Of a stretch of DNA of 28,802 nt, positions 8,324-20,362 are shown piece after piece; within the stretch, counting starts at the first letter, position 1; every line of letters starts with the position of its first letter. Source of the DNA: Pseudomonadota bacterium (GTDB lineage Bacteria > UBA10199 > 2-02-FULL-44-16 > JAAZCA01); contig JBDRBN010000115.1 of NCBI GenBank assembly GCA_043822785.1, positions 1 to 28,802 of the forward strand, read 5' to 3'. The notes beneath the pieces were generated by a model. That model did not search any database, was not told where the DNA came from, and saw only the letters and a list, made by a program, of their open reading frames with translations. Position numbers and translations under genes: made by a program.

Positions 8324-8854
8324 ATGTTCAAATCTACTACGATTTTGTGCGTGCGACGTGATGGAAAGGTAGCATTAGGCGGTGATGGCCAGGTGAGTTT
8401 TGGCCAAACCGTGATGAAAAGCACTGCAAACAAGATTCGCGTGATGGACGAGGGCAAAGTGTTAGCAGGCTTTGCAGGTTCTAGCGCAGATGCGTTTACG
8501 CTCTTTGAGCGCTTTGAGGGCAAGCTAGCCGAGTACAAGGGAGCTCTCACAAGAGCTGCGGTAGAGCTGGCAAAGGAATGGCGCACTGACAGGGTACTTC
8601 GCAAGCTCGAGGCCATGATGATTGTGGCAGATAAGGACAAGACTTTTACCATATCAGGAACAGGCGATGTACTTGAGCCCGATGATGGTGTAACAGCAAT
8701 TGGTTCAGGAGGTCCTTATGCAATTGCTGCTGCCAGGGCGCTTATGGCCAAATCAAAACTCGACGCGCGCGAGATTGTAGAGGAAGCCATGAAGATCACA
8801 GCCGGCATATGTGTTTATACTAACGACAATATAAAGATAGAGACAATTGGATGA
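8324..8854 (+). CDS. hslV: ATP-dependent protease subunit HslV
   Basis: STTILCVRR (N-terminal Thr), [24 protein letters not shown]. Confidence 0.97.
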   Translation: MFKSTTILCVRRDGKVALGGDGQVSFGQTVMKSTANKIRVMDEGKVLAGFAGSSADAFTLFERFEGKLAEYKGALTRAAVELAKEWRTDRVLRKLEAMMIVADKDKTFTISGTGDVLEPDDGVTAIGSGGPYAIAAARALMAKSKLDAREIVEEAMKITAGICVYTNDNIKIETIG

Positions 8855-8876
8855 ATTAAAGGGAGATTGGCAAGTT

Positions 8877-10271
8877 ATGGAAGAAAAGAATTTTACTCCC
8901 AGAGAGATAGTATCAGAACTCGATCGTTACATCATAGGCCAGGGCAAAGCCAAACGTTCTGTGGCCATTGCGCTGCGCAATCGCTGGCGTAGGCGTAAAG
9001 TTGAGCCAGAGCTTCGCGATGAGATCGTGCCCAAGAACATCATCATGATCGGCTCCACTGGCATCGGCAAAACCGAGATCGCAAGGCGCCTTGCAAAGCT
9101 TGCGCAAGCTCCGTTTATCAAAGTCGAAGCATCCAAGTTTACAGAGGTCGGTTACGTGGGCAAGGATGTTGAATCCATGATACGTGAGCTTACAGAGATC
9201 TCAGTCAAGATGGTACGTGAGGAAGAGGCAGCAAAGGTGCGCGTGAAGGCCAGCGAGATGGCTGAGGAAAGGCTTTTGGATCTTCTGCTTCCAGGTTCAA
9301 AAGAAGCAATAGAGGTTCCAGAGGAAATATTACCTGAAGGTGCGACAGCAGAATCAGAGGAGGCCAAAAACAAGACTACTGCTACCAGAGATCGCCTTCG
9401 TAAGTTGCTGCGCAAGGGTGCCTTGAATGAGCGGACTATCGAGATAGAGCCCCAGCCCAGAGGGACAGCCTTGCCTTCCATCGAGGTCGTGGCAGCAACA
9501 AGCCTTGAAGAGATGAGCTCAAATATCCGCGATATGTTCTCCAGCATGATGCCTGGCGCCAGAAAGCGCAGAAAAATGAAAATTCCTGAGGCGCTCGAGT
9601 ATATTGCAGAGGAAGAAGCTAGCCGGCTTGTGGATATGGATGCGGTTGTTCGCCTGGCCACAGAGCGCGTGGAACAAAACGGAATCGTATTTCTTGATGA
9701 GATAGACAAGATAGCAAGCCCTAGAGGGGGCGAGCGCTCTTATGGGCCAGATGTATCGCGCGAGGGAGTACAACGAGACATCCTGCCTGTGATCGAAGGG
9801 TCAACAGTTACAACAAAGTACGGTGTTGTTCGCACTGACCACATACTATTTATTGCTTCGGGCGCGTTTCACATGACCAAGCCAAATGATCTTATTCCAG
9901 AGCTTCAAGGTCGTTTTCCCATTCGTGTTGAACTCGATTCTCTCACCAAGGAAGATTTTTACAGGATTCTCACAGAAACTGATAACTCTTTGGTTAAGCA
10001 ATATAAGGCGATGATGGCCACAGAAGGCCTTAACATCGATTTTAGCAAAGATGCCCTTAAAGAAATCTGCGAGTTTGCACATGAGGTCAACGAACAGCTA
10101 GAGGACATTGGTGCGAGGAGGCTGCACACGATTATGGAAAAACTTCTGGAGAAACTATCCTTTGATGCTCCGGAAACAGAGAAGAGAAAGGTAAACATAA
10201 ATCGAAAGTACGTGCAGGAACAACTCGCGGATATAGTGAAGGATAGGGATCTTTCAAAGTACATATTATAG
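8877..10271 (+). CDS. hslU: ATP-dependent protease ATPase subunit HslU
   Basis: [16 protein letters not shown], Walker [42 protein letters not shown] 8877 preferred over TTG 8847. Confidence 0.97.
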   Translation: MEEKNFTPREIVSELDRYIIGQGKAKRSVAIALRNRWRRRKVEPELRDEIVPKNIIMIGSTGIGKTEIARRLAKLAQAPFIKVEASKFTEVGYVGKDVESMIRELTEISVKMVREEEAAKVRVKASEMAEERLLDLLLPGSKEAIEVPEEILPEGATAESEEAKNKTTATRDRLRKLLRKGALNERTIEIEPQPRGTALPSIEVVAATSLEEMSSNIRDMFSSMMPGARKRRKMKIPEALEYIAEEEASRLVDMDAVVRLATERVEQNGIVFLDEIDKIASPRGGERSYGPDVSREGVQRDILPVIEGSTVTTKYGVVRTDHILFIASGAFHMTKPNDLIPELQGRFPIRVELDSLTKEDFYRILTETDNSLVKQYKAMMATEGLNIDFSKDALKEICEFAHEVNEQLEDIGARRLHTIMEKLLEKLSFDAPETEKRKVNINRKYVQEQLADIVKDRDLSKYIL

Positions 10272-10279
10272 GAATAAAG

Positions 10280-11194
10280 ATGGCACGGAACCTTTTAACA
10301 CTCTTTGACCTCAACAATGCAGAGATAGATGGGCTGATGAAGAGATCTGCATGGTACAAGGTCCAGCAAAAAAAGAGAAAACGCCATCACACACTTGAAG
10401 GGAAAACGCTGGGCATGGTATTTGAAAAGTCTTCAACGCGCACGCGTGTATCTTTTGAGGTGGGGATGTATCAATTGGGCGGCCATGCAGTCAATCTCAC
10501 CACAAAGGCATCTCAGCTGGGCCGCGGTGAAACTTATGAGGATACCGCCAGAGTCCTTTCCCGATATGTTGATGGTATCATGGTGCGCACGTTTGAGCAA
10601 AGGCGCATTGAGAAAATGGCGTCTGGTTCCTCTGTTCCGGTTATCAATGGTCTCACCGATATTTTGCATCCTTGCCAAATACTCACCGATATCTTCACAG
10701 TGATCGAAAATTTCGGCTCGATTAGAGATCAGAAGATCGCTTATGTTGGCGATGGCAACAATGTGGCAAACACATGGATACAGGCTGCGATCATGCTAGG
10801 CTTTGAACTTAGACTAGCTTGCCCTGAGGGTTATGATCCAGCTGCCATGATATTCGATAAAGTGAGTTCAGGCGGTCATAAAAATATAAGGCTCATGCGC
10901 GATGCGCGCAAAGCATGCGAGGGCGCAAGCGTTATCAACACCGACACCTGGATCAGCATGGGGCAGGAAGGTCCAGAGGAGGAAAAAAAGCGCAAGCTCT
11001 TTAAGCCTTATCAAGTAAACCATGAGCTGCTCTCAGTTGCTGATAAGGATGTGATAGTTCTTCATTGCTTGCCTGCACACCGCGGCGATGAGATAACAGA
11101 TGAGGTGATGGATGGACCACATTCGCGAGTGTTTGATCAGGCAGAAAATCGCCTGCATGTGCAGAAGGCAATACTTGAGATGTTGATGAAATAA
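10280..11194 (+). CDS. argF: Ornithine carbamoyltransferase
   Basis: FEKSSTRTRVSFE, HPCQ, GDGNNVA, DTWISMG, HCLPAHRG, QAENR. Confidence 0.96.
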   Translation: MARNLLTLFDLNNAEIDGLMKRSAWYKVQQKKRKRHHTLEGKTLGMVFEKSSTRTRVSFEVGMYQLGGHAVNLTTKASQLGRGETYEDTARVLSRYVDGIMVRTFEQRRIEKMASGSSVPVINGLTDILHPCQILTDIFTVIENFGSIRDQKIAYVGDGNNVANTWIQAAIMLGFELRLACPEGYDPAAMIFDKVSSGGHKNIRLMRDARKACEGASVINTDTWISMGQEGPEEEKKRKLFKPYQVNHELLSVADKDVIVLHCLPAHRGDEITDEVMDGPHSRVFDQAENRLHVQKAILEMLMK

Positions 11195-11195
11195 A

Positions 11196-12579
<1,384 letters not shown>

Positions 12580-12581
<2 letters not shown>

Positions 12582-12691
12582 AAAATCCGAGACGAGAGTG
12601 GAGCGCCATTTTCCCCCTTTCAATTCCCTTGAGGTAATTATTACCTAACAAGGCAATTTGTGGATGACTACTCTTTAACTCTGTCTCGGCT
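12580..12691 (-). ncRNA. Candidate ~110-nt rod-shaped small RNA of unknown family
   Basis: End-to-end nested complementarity (12587-12599/12678-12689, 12601-12609/12664-12673, 12621-12631/12649-12660, 12632-12637/12641-12646); promoter directly upstream on minus strand; U6 run after the closing stem. Confidence 0.65.
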
Positions 12692-12697
12692 GTATAC

Positions 12698-12726
12698 ATT
12701 ATAACAAAAGTAGAAACGATATCCAA
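12698..12726 (-). promoter_or_regulatory. sigma70 promoter with extended -10 driving the candidate sRNA
   Basis: Minus strand TTGGAT (12726-12721)-N17-TATAAT (12703-12698), preceded by TGT. Confidence 0.7.
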
Positions 12727-12851
12727 TGTTTATGTGGAATCCTATTGCATCTTTAAAATCAGCATGTTAAAGGCAGCGGCATTCGTTTTTGGGCTTTTTT
12801 CATAATAAATCCGCGCTCTTCGCTGATAAGGCGGTCGCGGAAATCCCGAAA

Positions 12852-12916
12852 GCCCCTCTTTTTGGTTCCGCATCCTGATGCCAAAATGTCTTGGGATCAG
12901 AAGCGGTGGAAGGGGC
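12852..12916 (+). promoter_or_regulatory. Structured 5' leader of rpsB (probable S2 autoregulatory element)
   Basis: Nested stems GCCCCT/AGGGGC, CCGC/GCGG, CTGAT/ATCAG, CCAA/TTGG just upstream of RBS AAGGAGG; rpsB leaders are known to be structured. Confidence 0.5.
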
Positions 12917-12943
12917 CTTAAGGTAAAACCAAGGAGGTTAGGC

Positions 12944-13879
12944 ATGTCAGTTGATATTGCAGTAAAGGAGCTGCTCGAAGCAGGGGTTCATTTCGGGCAT
13001 CAAACCAGGCGGTGGAATCCCAAGATGCGCCCATACATATTTACGGCGCGCGATGGAATTCACATCATCGATCTAGAACAAACCGCAAACCAAGCACAAA
13101 GGGCTTACAAATTCATCGCTGACACAGTTGCGCTGGGCAATTCAGTGCTCTTTGTAGGCACAAAAAAGCAGGCACAGGACATCATCGAGTCTGAGGCCAG
13201 GCGCTCAGGGCAATTCTTTGTGACCAAGCGCTGGCTTGGCGGAATGCTTACGAATTTTCAGACAATCAAGCAGTCAATCACTAGGCTCAATGACCTTGAG
13301 GCGCGCAAGGAAAAAGGCGAACTTGAAAATCTCCTCAAAAAAGAAGCGCTCGAAATAGAGCGCGAGATCGACAAACTTGAGTATTCTCTTGGTGGCATCA
13401 AGACCATGACCAAGGCTCCTGGAGCTGTATTTCTCATCGATCCAGGGCATGAGGAGATAGCCAAGAAAGAGGCCATTAAGCTGGGCATCCCGGTGGTAGC
13501 GCTTATAGATACAAACAGTAATCCTGATGGCATCGATTATCTCATTGCAGGAAACGACGATGCCATTCGTTCCATTGGCGTTTTTGCACATCTGGTTTCT
13601 GAAGCTTGCCTCGAAGGAGGTAAGCGTAGAGAGGCGGCACTTAGAGAACAAAAAGTAAAGGAGCAAGAGGCCAAGACTGCAAGGCCTAAGGGTCCTGCCA
13701 TACGCGAGCAAAAGATAGGTGGCAAGGGTAAGGCATGGGTTGCCAGGCGAGACGAGAAAGCGCCATCGTCAGAGGAAGAAGCTGAAAAGTTTGCGAGCGC
13801 AAAGGCCGTTGAACAAACCAGCGAGACAAGCGAGAAAAGCGAGACAGACGAGAAAAGTAAAACAAGCGAAAATGCTTAG
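12944..13879 (+). CDS. rpsB: 30S ribosomal protein S2 with charged C-terminal extension
   Basis: LLEAGVHFGHQTRRWNPKM, RWLGGMLTNF, DTNSNPD, GNDDAIRSI; ATG 12944 after AAGGAGG. Confidence 0.98.
   Translation: MSVDIAVKELLEAGVHFGHQTRRWNPKMRPYIFTARDGIHIIDLEQTANQAQRAYKFIADTVALGNSVLFVGTKKQAQDIIESEARRSGQFFVTKRWLGGMLTNFQTIKQSITRLNDLEARKEKGELENLLKKEALEIEREIDKLEYSLGGIKTMTKAPGAVFLIDPGHEEIAKKEAIKLGIPVVALIDTNSNPDGIDYLIAGNDDAIRSIGVFAHLVSEACLEGGKRREAALREQKVKEQEAKTARPKGPAIREQKIGGKGKAWVARRDEKAPSSEEEAEKFASAKAVEQTSETSEKSETDEKSKTSENA
13820..13873 (+). repeat. 9-mer tandem repeat inside the rpsB 3' end
   Basis: agcgagaca-agcgagaaa-agcgagaca-gacgagaaa-agtaaaaca-agcgaaaat, encoding SET-SEK-SET-DEK-SKT-SEN. Confidence 0.75.
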
Positions 13880-13887
13880 CTGGCTTT

Positions 13888-13922
13888 CACTGGTTACTGA
13901 TTACTGATCACTGATCACTGAT
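13888..13922. repeat. 7-mer tandem repeat (NACTG[A/G]T) x5
   Basis: cactggt-tactgat-tactgat-cactgat-cactgat between rpsB and tsf. Confidence 0.85.
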
Positions 13923-13938
13923 TTTAAGGGAGGCAACG

Positions 13939-14805
13939 ATGACTGTTTCACCTAGTGTAGTTAAAGAACTCCGCGAGAAAACCGGAGCAGGCATGATGGA
14001 TTGCAAAAAGGCGCTGGCCGAGGCAAAAGGCGATATAGAAGCTGCCATTGAAGTGCTGCGCAAGAAAGGAATATCCACAGCTGCAAAGAAAGCAGGCCGC
14101 ACAGCTGCCGATGGCCTTATCGGATCGTATATAAGCGATGATTTGAAACTCGCTGTTCTAGTCGAAGTAAACTGTGAGACTGATTTTGTTACCAAAACAG
14201 AAGATTTCCAGAATTTTGTAAATAGAGTCACCGAAGTTGTGCGCGATGCCAATCCTTCGCATCTCGACGAGCTCATGGCAGCTTCCTTTGACAACAGTAC
14301 AGTAAAGGAAGCCCAGACAGAGCTCGTGGCCAAGATTGGCGAAAATCTTGGAGTGAGGCGTTTTGCAAGAGTTGTGGCGGAATGTGAAGGAAAGATTGCT
14401 ACCTACATACACGCTGGTTCAAAGATAGGCGTAATCGTCGTATTCGACGATCAATCCGGAAAGCTCGACAATGCAACCGCTCGTGAGATAGCCATGCACG
14501 TAGCTGCCATGAGTCCGCGCTATCTGCGACGCGATGATGTTCCAGAATCAGTCATAGAAAAAGAAAAAGAGATAATGATGGCCCAGATGTCTGATTTGAA
14601 TAAGCCGCCGGAGATCATGGAAAAGATAGTATCCGGAAAGATCGGAAAGGTCTTTACAGAGATATGTCTTGAAGACCAGCTCTATGTGCGCGATCCAGAA
14701 GGCAAGGCTACGGTTTGCACTTGGCTTGGAAACATAGATAAGAACATTAAGATCAAGTCATTTAAGCGACTCCAGGTTGGCGAGGGAGTGGAGAAGAAGA
14801 GCTAA
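13939..14805 (+). CDS. tsf: Translation elongation factor Ts
   Basis: VKELREKTGAGMMDCKKAL, EVNCETDFV; follows rpsB. Confidence 0.98.
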   Translation: MTVSPSVVKELREKTGAGMMDCKKALAEAKGDIEAAIEVLRKKGISTAAKKAGRTAADGLIGSYISDDLKLAVLVEVNCETDFVTKTEDFQNFVNRVTEVVRDANPSHLDELMAASFDNSTVKEAQTELVAKIGENLGVRRFARVVAECEGKIATYIHAGSKIGVIVVFDDQSGKLDNATAREIAMHVAAMSPRYLRRDDVPESVIEKEKEIMMAQMSDLNKPPEIMEKIVSGKIGKVFTEICLEDQLYVRDPEGKATVCTWLGNIDKNIKIKSFKRLQVGEGVEKKS

Positions 14806-14809
14806 AGAG

Positions 14810-14863
14810 CTGTAAGCAACCCTTCGACTCCCCTTCGACTCGTTATCACTCGCTCAGGGCAAG
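14810..14863. repeat. REP-like element (type B), second copy
   Basis: ctgtaagcaacccttcgactc matches 975-995 at 20/21; doubled CCCTTCGACTC and CTCGCTCAGGGCA. Confidence 0.75.
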
Positions 14864-14902
14864 CGCAAGCAGCGGTAACATATGAATGCAGGGGGACTAC
14901 AA

Positions 14903-15616
14903 ATGAAATATAAACGAGTGATCTTGAAACTCTCTGGCGAGGCGTTGTTGTCCGCAGGAACAACATCGGGCATAAGCCTTGATGCTGCGGACGGAATAGC
15001 TGCTGAGGTAAAGGCTGTTGCAAAGAGCGGAGTCGAGATCGCTGTTGTGATAGGTGGAGGAAACATCTTTCGCGGTGCGAGCGCAGCTTCAACTGGTGCG
15101 ATCGATCAGGCTCAAGCTGATTCAATGGGCATGCTCGCCACGGTCATAAACGGATTGGCGCTTCAGTCTGCGTTTGAACGCGAGGGTCTTGATGCAAGGC
15201 TCATGACGGCAACGCCCATGCCATCTGTTGCAGAGCATTTTATCAGGCGACGTGCTCTCGCTCATCTGGCAAAGGGGAGGGTGCTAGTCTTTGCTGGTGG
15301 CACAGGCTCGCCGTTTTTTTCAACTGATACGGCTGCAGCTCTTAAAGCTGTGGAGATCGGTGCAGAGACTATTCTCAAGGGTACCAAAGTGGATGGCGTG
15401 TATTCGGCAGATCCGCTTAAAGATCCTTCCGCAACGCGTTTCGAATCGCTCAAATTCATCGATGTGCTTTCAAAGCGGCTTAAGGTGATGGACGCTACCG
15501 CAATTTCCATGTGTATGGATCACAACCTTCCCGTCATAGTCTTCAACATTTTCAAACAGGGCAACCTCAAGAAGGTTGTGGCGGGCGAAAAAATGGGGAC
15601 AATGATTTATGGATAA
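14903..15616 (+). CDS. pyrH: UMP kinase
   Basis: [44 protein letters not shown] 14903 after GGGGGA. Confidence 0.97.
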   Translation: MKYKRVILKLSGEALLSAGTTSGISLDAADGIAAEVKAVAKSGVEIAVVIGGGNIFRGASAASTGAIDQAQADSMGMLATVINGLALQSAFEREGLDARLMTATPMPSVAEHFIRRRALAHLAKGRVLVFAGGTGSPFFSTDTAAALKAVEIGAETILKGTKVDGVYSADPLKDPSATRFESLKFIDVLSKRLKVMDATAISMCMDHNLPVIVFNIFKQGNLKKVVAGEKMGTMIYG

Positions 15617-16166
15617 CAAGGTATACGATAAGGCAAATGCAAGAATGAAAAATGCTCTGGAGGCGCTAAGGCATGAGCTTGCCAAGATGCGCACTGGCCG
15701 CGCATCGCTCAGCCTGCTCGACGATGTTCGGGTGGATTACTATGGCACTGCGACGCCGCTTAACCAAATGGCATCGCTGTCGGTTCCAGATCCGCGGACG
15801 ATTGCAATTCAACCCTGGGATGTTTCAGCTGTAGCTCTTATAGAAAAGGCCATCCTAAAGACCGATTTGGGTTTAAATCCTACGAATGACGGAAAGATTC
15901 TGAGAATTCCTATACCTCCGCTGAATGAGGAGCGCCGCAAAGAGCTCGTGAGGGTGAGCAAAAAGCATGGCGAGGAGTGTAAGGTGAGCATAAGAAATGC
16001 AAGGAGAGATGCGAACGACGAACTGAAGGCTTTAAAGAACACTAGCGAGATCACCGAGGACGATGAGCGCAAGGCGCACGATCGCGTTCAAAAGCTCACA
16101 GATGATTTTATAAAGCAGATCGACGACGCGCTCACGCATAAGGAAAAAGATATAATGGAAGTATAG
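15609..16166 (+). CDS. frr: Ribosome recycling factor
   Basis: [35 protein letters not shown]; 185 aa. Confidence 0.98.
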   Translation: MDNKVYDKANARMKNALEALRHELAKMRTGRASLSLLDDVRVDYYGTATPLNQMASLSVPDPRTIAIQPWDVSAVALIEKAILKTDLGLNPTNDGKILRIPIPPLNEERRKELVRVSKKHGEECKVSIRNARRDANDELKALKNTSEITEDDERKAHDRVQKLTDDFIKQIDDALTHKEKDIMEV

Positions 16167-16170
16167 ATAG

Positions 16171-16200
16171 AGCGAGAAAGGCCAGCAACGCGAGAAACGT
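16171..16200. repeat. 9-mer tandem repeat x3
   Basis: agcgagaaa-ggccagcaa-cgcgagaaa-cgt fills the frr-uppS spacer; very similar to 1041-1070. Confidence 0.8.
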
Positions 16201-16202
16201 AA

Positions 16203-16904
16203 ATGAAGCATATTCCTAAACATATAGCCATTATCATGGATGGCAATGGCCGTTGGGCAAACGAAAGGGGCTTGCCCAGGGCCGAAGGGCATCGTTTAGG
16301 AGCTGAGACCATAGAGAAGATCGTTGCGGCCTGCAGGGATAGAAACATCCGTTATTTAACTCTATATGCATTTTCTGAGGAGAATTGGAGCAGGCCTTCG
16401 GATGAAGTTCTCTCTCTAATGCAGCTAATGCGTCACTTCTTAGTTAGCAAGCGAGCTGAACTCATAGAAGAGCGAACTGCATTTCGTGTCATAGGCGATA
16501 TCGAGCGACTGCCGCGTGAGGTGAGAAGCGAGATAACAGAAACAGTAGAGGCTACAAAGGATGGGGATAGGATGACTTTAATCGTAGCCCTGTCTTATGG
16601 CGCGCGCCAGGAAATATGCCGTGCTACCAATACCCTGCTTAAGAAGGGTGTGAGGGATTTTACTCCAGATATTCTTCAAGAAGGGCTCGACACAGTTGGC
16701 ATACCAGATCCAGATCTCTTGATACGAACCAGCGGCGAGTATCGTGTCAGCAATTTTCTTCTGTGGCAGATAGCCTACACCGAGCTCTATTTTACTGAAA
16801 CGCTATGGCCGGAGTTTAGCGAAGATGAATTAGATCGAGCTATTGAATCATATGCAAAGCGAGAACGCCGCTTTGGACTCACTGGCCAGCAGACGATTGC
16901 ATAA
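16203..16904 (+). CDS. uppS: Undecaprenyl diphosphate synthase (cis-isoprenyl transferase)
   Basis: PKHIAIIMDGNGRWA, YAFSEENWSRP, PDLLIRTSGEYRVSNFLLWQ. Confidence 0.97.
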   Translation: MKHIPKHIAIIMDGNGRWANERGLPRAEGHRLGAETIEKIVAACRDRNIRYLTLYAFSEENWSRPSDEVLSLMQLMRHFLVSKRAELIEERTAFRVIGDIERLPREVRSEITETVEATKDGDRMTLIVALSYGARQEICRATNTLLKKGVRDFTPDILQEGLDTVGIPDPDLLIRTSGEYRVSNFLLWQIAYTELYFTETLWPEFSEDELDRAIESYAKRERRFGLTGQQTIA

Positions 16905-16918
16905 GTGTGGGAGCTTAC

Positions 16919-17716
16919 ATGAAGCGTATTATCACCGCCATATTGCTGGGGGGGCTTGTATTAGCTGCTGTGTTGTGGCTGCCACGCTGGGGCGTTTATG
17001 CGCTCGTGATCATTGCATCAGCTATCGGACTTTTTGAATTTGGAAGGATGTTTCTCAAAGATCTTCTTGAACGCTGGGCAGCAATAATCGCTGGCATGCT
17101 GGCTTGTGTAGCCATGGTCCTGTATCCCGCTGCTGGCAATCCAGTGCTTTTGATATTGGCTTTTGATCTGTTTGCGCTTGCCCTGATATTTATGTGGCGG
17201 GCAAACGAGGTTTTGGGAATTGCAGACAAGCTGGCCTTGGCTATTATGGGAGTTCTTTATTTAGGCGTGGTTTTTCCATTTTGGGCATGGGTGGCAGCTT
17301 TAACTTATGGCAAAGAACTTGTGCTCATAGGGCTCGTACCAGCATGTCTGTGCGATATGTTCGCGCTGATCGCAGGAAAAAGCTTTGGAAGGCGTCGCCT
17401 AGCACCGCTTGTGAGTCCAAACAAAACAGTAGAGGGTTTGATAGGAGCACTCGTCGGGTCATTTGGAGGCGCATTTCTCATGCGCTCGTTACTCATGCCA
17501 CAGATGCCGCTCTATCATATAGCTATACTGGCTGCTATTATCTGGATTACATCGCCGTTTGGCGATCTGGTAGAATCTTTGCTTAAGCGTTCAAGCGGGG
17601 TAAAAGATTCTGGCTCCATCATTCCCGGCCACGGCGGTGTCTTAGATAGGCTCGATGCACTCATCTTCACAGGACCTGCTGTGTATGCGTATGCAGTGTA
17701 TGTTATGGGAATATAG
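16919..17716 (+). CDS. cdsA: Phosphatidate cytidylyltransferase
   Basis: Multi-TM; SPNKTVEG, GDLVESLLKR, KDSGSIIPGHGGVLDRLD. Confidence 0.95.
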   Translation: MKRIITAILLGGLVLAAVLWLPRWGVYALVIIASAIGLFEFGRMFLKDLLERWAAIIAGMLACVAMVLYPAAGNPVLLILAFDLFALALIFMWRANEVLGIADKLALAIMGVLYLGVVFPFWAWVAALTYGKELVLIGLVPACLCDMFALIAGKSFGRRRLAPLVSPNKTVEGLIGALVGSFGGAFLMRSLLMPQMPLYHIAILAAIIWITSPFGDLVESLLKRSSGVKDSGSIIPGHGGVLDRLDALIFTGPAVYAYAVYVMGI

Positions 17717-17789
17717 TGACCAGTAACCAGTTACCAGTGATCAGTGAATGCTTTTACTGGTCACTGGTGACTGATCACTGATTACTAAT
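17713..17789. repeat. 7-mer tandem repeat (NACTG[A/G]T), inverted arrays (hairpin)
   Basis: accagta-accagtt-accagtg-atcagtg-[aatgcttt]-tactggt-cactggt-gactgat-cactgat-tactaat; fills the cdsA-dxr spacer. Confidence 0.9.
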
Positions 17790-17793
17790 TATT

Positions 17794-18939
17794 ATGAAGA
17801 AACTGTCAATATTAGGCAGCACTGGTTCCATTGGGCAAAGCACGCTCGATGTAGTGGCGCGCCATCCGGATCGTTTTAAGATCGCAGGCTTTGCCGAGGG
17901 CCATGATGTAAAGTTGCTTGCACAGCAGATAGAGCAGTTTCATCCTAAACTCGTATCTGTCAGGGACGATGTGGCTGCTGCGAAATTGCGCGAACTCTTA
18001 GGTTCTCATCGCCCGGAGATCATGTACGGTGTTGAAGGGGCATGCGCCGTGGCATCCATGCAAGATGCAAACATGGTTGTATCGGCAATTGTAGGGGCCG
18101 CGGGTCTTGTGCCAACTATAAAAGCGATTGAATCCGGAAAAGATATCGCGCTTGCAAACAAAGAAACCATGGTTGTTGCGGGTGAGATTGTATCCAAGCT
18201 TGCTCGTAAAAAGAAGGTTAACATACTTCCTGTAGACAGCGAACATGCAGCGATCCATCAGTCGCTGGCTGGACATCGCATAGAAGATGTGACGGCAATT
18301 CATCTTACGGCATCAGGCGGCCCGTTTCTTAGAACAAGCCGTGAGCAGATGGAGCGCGCCACCCCACAAGAGGCGATCAAACACCCAAGATGGTCTATGG
18401 GCGCAAAGATCACCATCGACTCAGCCACCATGATGAACAAGGGGTTAGAGGTGATTGAGGCGCACTGGCTCTTTGGTATAAGCCCTGATCAAATACGCGT
18501 GGTGATCCATCCGCAGAGCATCGTGCATTCACTTGTTGAATATAAGGATGGATGTGTGGTCGCACAGCTTGGCGTTCCTGATATGCGCGCGCCCATAGCA
18601 TATGCAATATCATGGCCAGAGCGCGTGGAAAGCGGTGTAGAAACTTTGGATCTTGCCAAAATCGGCAATCTCACCTTTGAGGAGCCGGATTATGATCGGT
18701 TTCCATGTCTTACACTTGCATACAGCGCACTAGATAAGGGTGGTTCAATGCCAGCTGTTCTCAATGCTGCAAACGAGATAGCAGTTGCCGCGTTTCTTAA
18801 TAGAAAATTAGGTTTCACGAGGATAGCAGAGGTGGTTGAAAATACGATGTTAGCACACAGCGTAAAGCCAATAGAAACTGTCGATGAAATTCTCGAGATC
18901 GATGCTTGGGCACGCGAATTTGCGAGATCCCAGATCTAG
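17794..18939 (+). CDS. dxr: 1-deoxy-D-xylulose-5-phosphate reductoisomerase
   Basis: [55 protein letters not shown]. Confidence 0.98.
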   Translation: MKKLSILGSTGSIGQSTLDVVARHPDRFKIAGFAEGHDVKLLAQQIEQFHPKLVSVRDDVAAAKLRELLGSHRPEIMYGVEGACAVASMQDANMVVSAIVGAAGLVPTIKAIESGKDIALANKETMVVAGEIVSKLARKKKVNILPVDSEHAAIHQSLAGHRIEDVTAIHLTASGGPFLRTSREQMERATPQEAIKHPRWSMGAKITIDSATMMNKGLEVIEAHWLFGISPDQIRVVIHPQSIVHSLVEYKDGCVVAQLGVPDMRAPIAYAISWPERVESGVETLDLAKIGNLTFEEPDYDRFPCLTLAYSALDKGGSMPAVLNAANEIAVAAFLNRKLGFTRIAEVVENTMLAHSVKPIETVDEILEIDAWAREFARSQI

Positions 18940-18946
18940 TTAATCC

Positions 18947-20293
18947 ATGACCATTTTATATTTCATAATTGCACTTGGCCTTCTCATATTCATTCACGAG
19001 TTCGGCCATTTCATTGTGGCCAAACGCGCAGGTATTTGTGTTGAAGCGTTTTCGCTTGGATTTGGACCAAGGATTTTAGGCATCAAGTGGGGCGACACCG
19101 ACTATCGCATCTCGCTATTTCCTCTTGGCGGTTATGTGAAGATGAGGGGAGAGGAACCTGGGGAGGAGAGCGCCACAGATCCCAGATCGTTTTCAGCAAA
19201 AAGCGTGTGGGTGCGCGCAAAAGTAGTATTCTTTGGCCCGCTCATGAATCTCATTCTCACCCTTGCCCTCATGCCTATTGTCTTTATGATCGGCAGGGCA
19301 GAACCTGTATTTCTGCATGAGCCACCGATCATAACTGATATCAAGGCCGAGTCCCCAGCACAGGAGGCAGGGCTCATAAAGGGCGATCTTTTAGTTTCGG
19401 TAGATGGAAAAAAGGTTACGAGCTGGGAAAATGTCTTGAACAAGATATTGCTTTCTCCGGGAACTGAAATGACCTTTGGTGTGGAGCGCGAAGGAAGGTT
19501 TGTTCCCATCAAGGTTAAGGTCGGAGATTTGCCTGAGCTGCGCGGTGGATATGTTGGCGTAGAGCCCATGCTCTTTATCGGAGCAGAGCCTTGGGTAGGT
19601 GAGGTGCGACCTGGCGGTTCAGCAGAGGCAGCTGGTATTATGCCAGGCGATCTCGTGATCTCCTTTGATGGAAAAAATGTATATGATTGGCTCGATCTTA
19701 CAAGGTTGGTAAACGAAAGCGGCGGTAAAGAAACGACCGTGGTTGTGCAGCGCGATGGCAACATGCTTGATCTTCCTGTAAAAGCTGAGTTTAATGAAAA
19801 ATTTGGTCGCTGGATCATAGGCGTTACAAAAGATCGCATGAGCGGTGTTCCCATGCAGGTACAACAATACGGTTTTTTTGGCGCTATAGTCAGGGGCACT
19901 AAAGAAAATCTCAAACTAGCCAAGCTCACCTTTGATGTGCTGGGAAGGTTGGTTACTGCCAAGCTTTCTTTTAAGGTCATCGGGGGTCCTGTAGTCATAG
20001 CCAAGGCATCTGCCGCAGCTGCCGCATCAGGTTTTTCAAACTTTCTCTACTTTCTTGCATTCTTGAGCATGCAGCTTTCCATTCTAAACTTCTTGCCCAT
20101 CCCGGTGCTCGACGGCGGCCAGCTCGTTTTCTTGGGTTGGGAGGCAATACGGCGCAAGCCGCTTAACATGAGGATCAGGCTGATCGCGCATCAAGTGGGA
20201 TTTTTTCTGCTCATTGGGCTTATGCTCCTCGTCACCATAAACGACATCGACAACGTCTGGGGCATTAAATCTCTGTTAAAGAAATTCTTCTAG
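18947..20293 (+). CDS. rseP: RIP metalloprotease RseP (two PDZ domains)
   Basis: HEFGH zinc motif, PLGGYVKM, NFLPIPVLDGG; follows dxr. Confidence 0.96.
   Translation: MTILYFIIALGLLIFIHEFGHFIVAKRAGICVEAFSLGFGPRILGIKWGDTDYRISLFPLGGYVKMRGEEPGEESATDPRSFSAKSVWVRAKVVFFGPLMNLILTLALMPIVFMIGRAEPVFLHEPPIITDIKAESPAQEAGLIKGDLLVSVDGKKVTSWENVLNKILLSPGTEMTFGVEREGRFVPIKVKVGDLPELRGGYVGVEPMLFIGAEPWVGEVRPGGSAEAAGIMPGDLVISFDGKNVYDWLDLTRLVNESGGKETTVVVQRDGNMLDLPVKAEFNEKFGRWIIGVTKDRMSGVPMQVQQYGFFGAIVRGTKENLKLAKLTFDVLGRLVTAKLSFKVIGGPVVIAKASAAAAASGFSNFLYFLAFLSMQLSILNFLPIPVLDGGQLVFLGWEAIRRKPLNMRIRLIAHQVGFFLLIGLMLLVTINDIDNVWGIKSLLKKFF
20234..20293 (+). repeat. Direct repeat 1, copy A (functional rseP 3' end)
   Basis: 53/60 identical to 21294-21353. 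Confidence 0.9.
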
Positions 20294-20362
20294 ATTTGTA
20301 ACGTTATCAAGATCAGTGACTGTTTTTCAAATTCACGCTTATTTCTTAAAAAGAGGGACCTC

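Noticed and set aside
12878..12943. N-terminal extension of S2 (and similar upstream starts for dprA, hslU, pyrH, cdsA, dinD, tsaB)
   Set aside because: Downstream ATGs match family N-termini and mostly have better RBSs; the extension overlaps the structured leader.
19132..20004. 290-aa minus-strand ORF
   Set aside because: Lies entirely antisense to rseP in mirrored codon register with no recognisable motifs; a shadow ORF. The same applies to 2044-2604, 9152-9709 and other short antisense ORFs.
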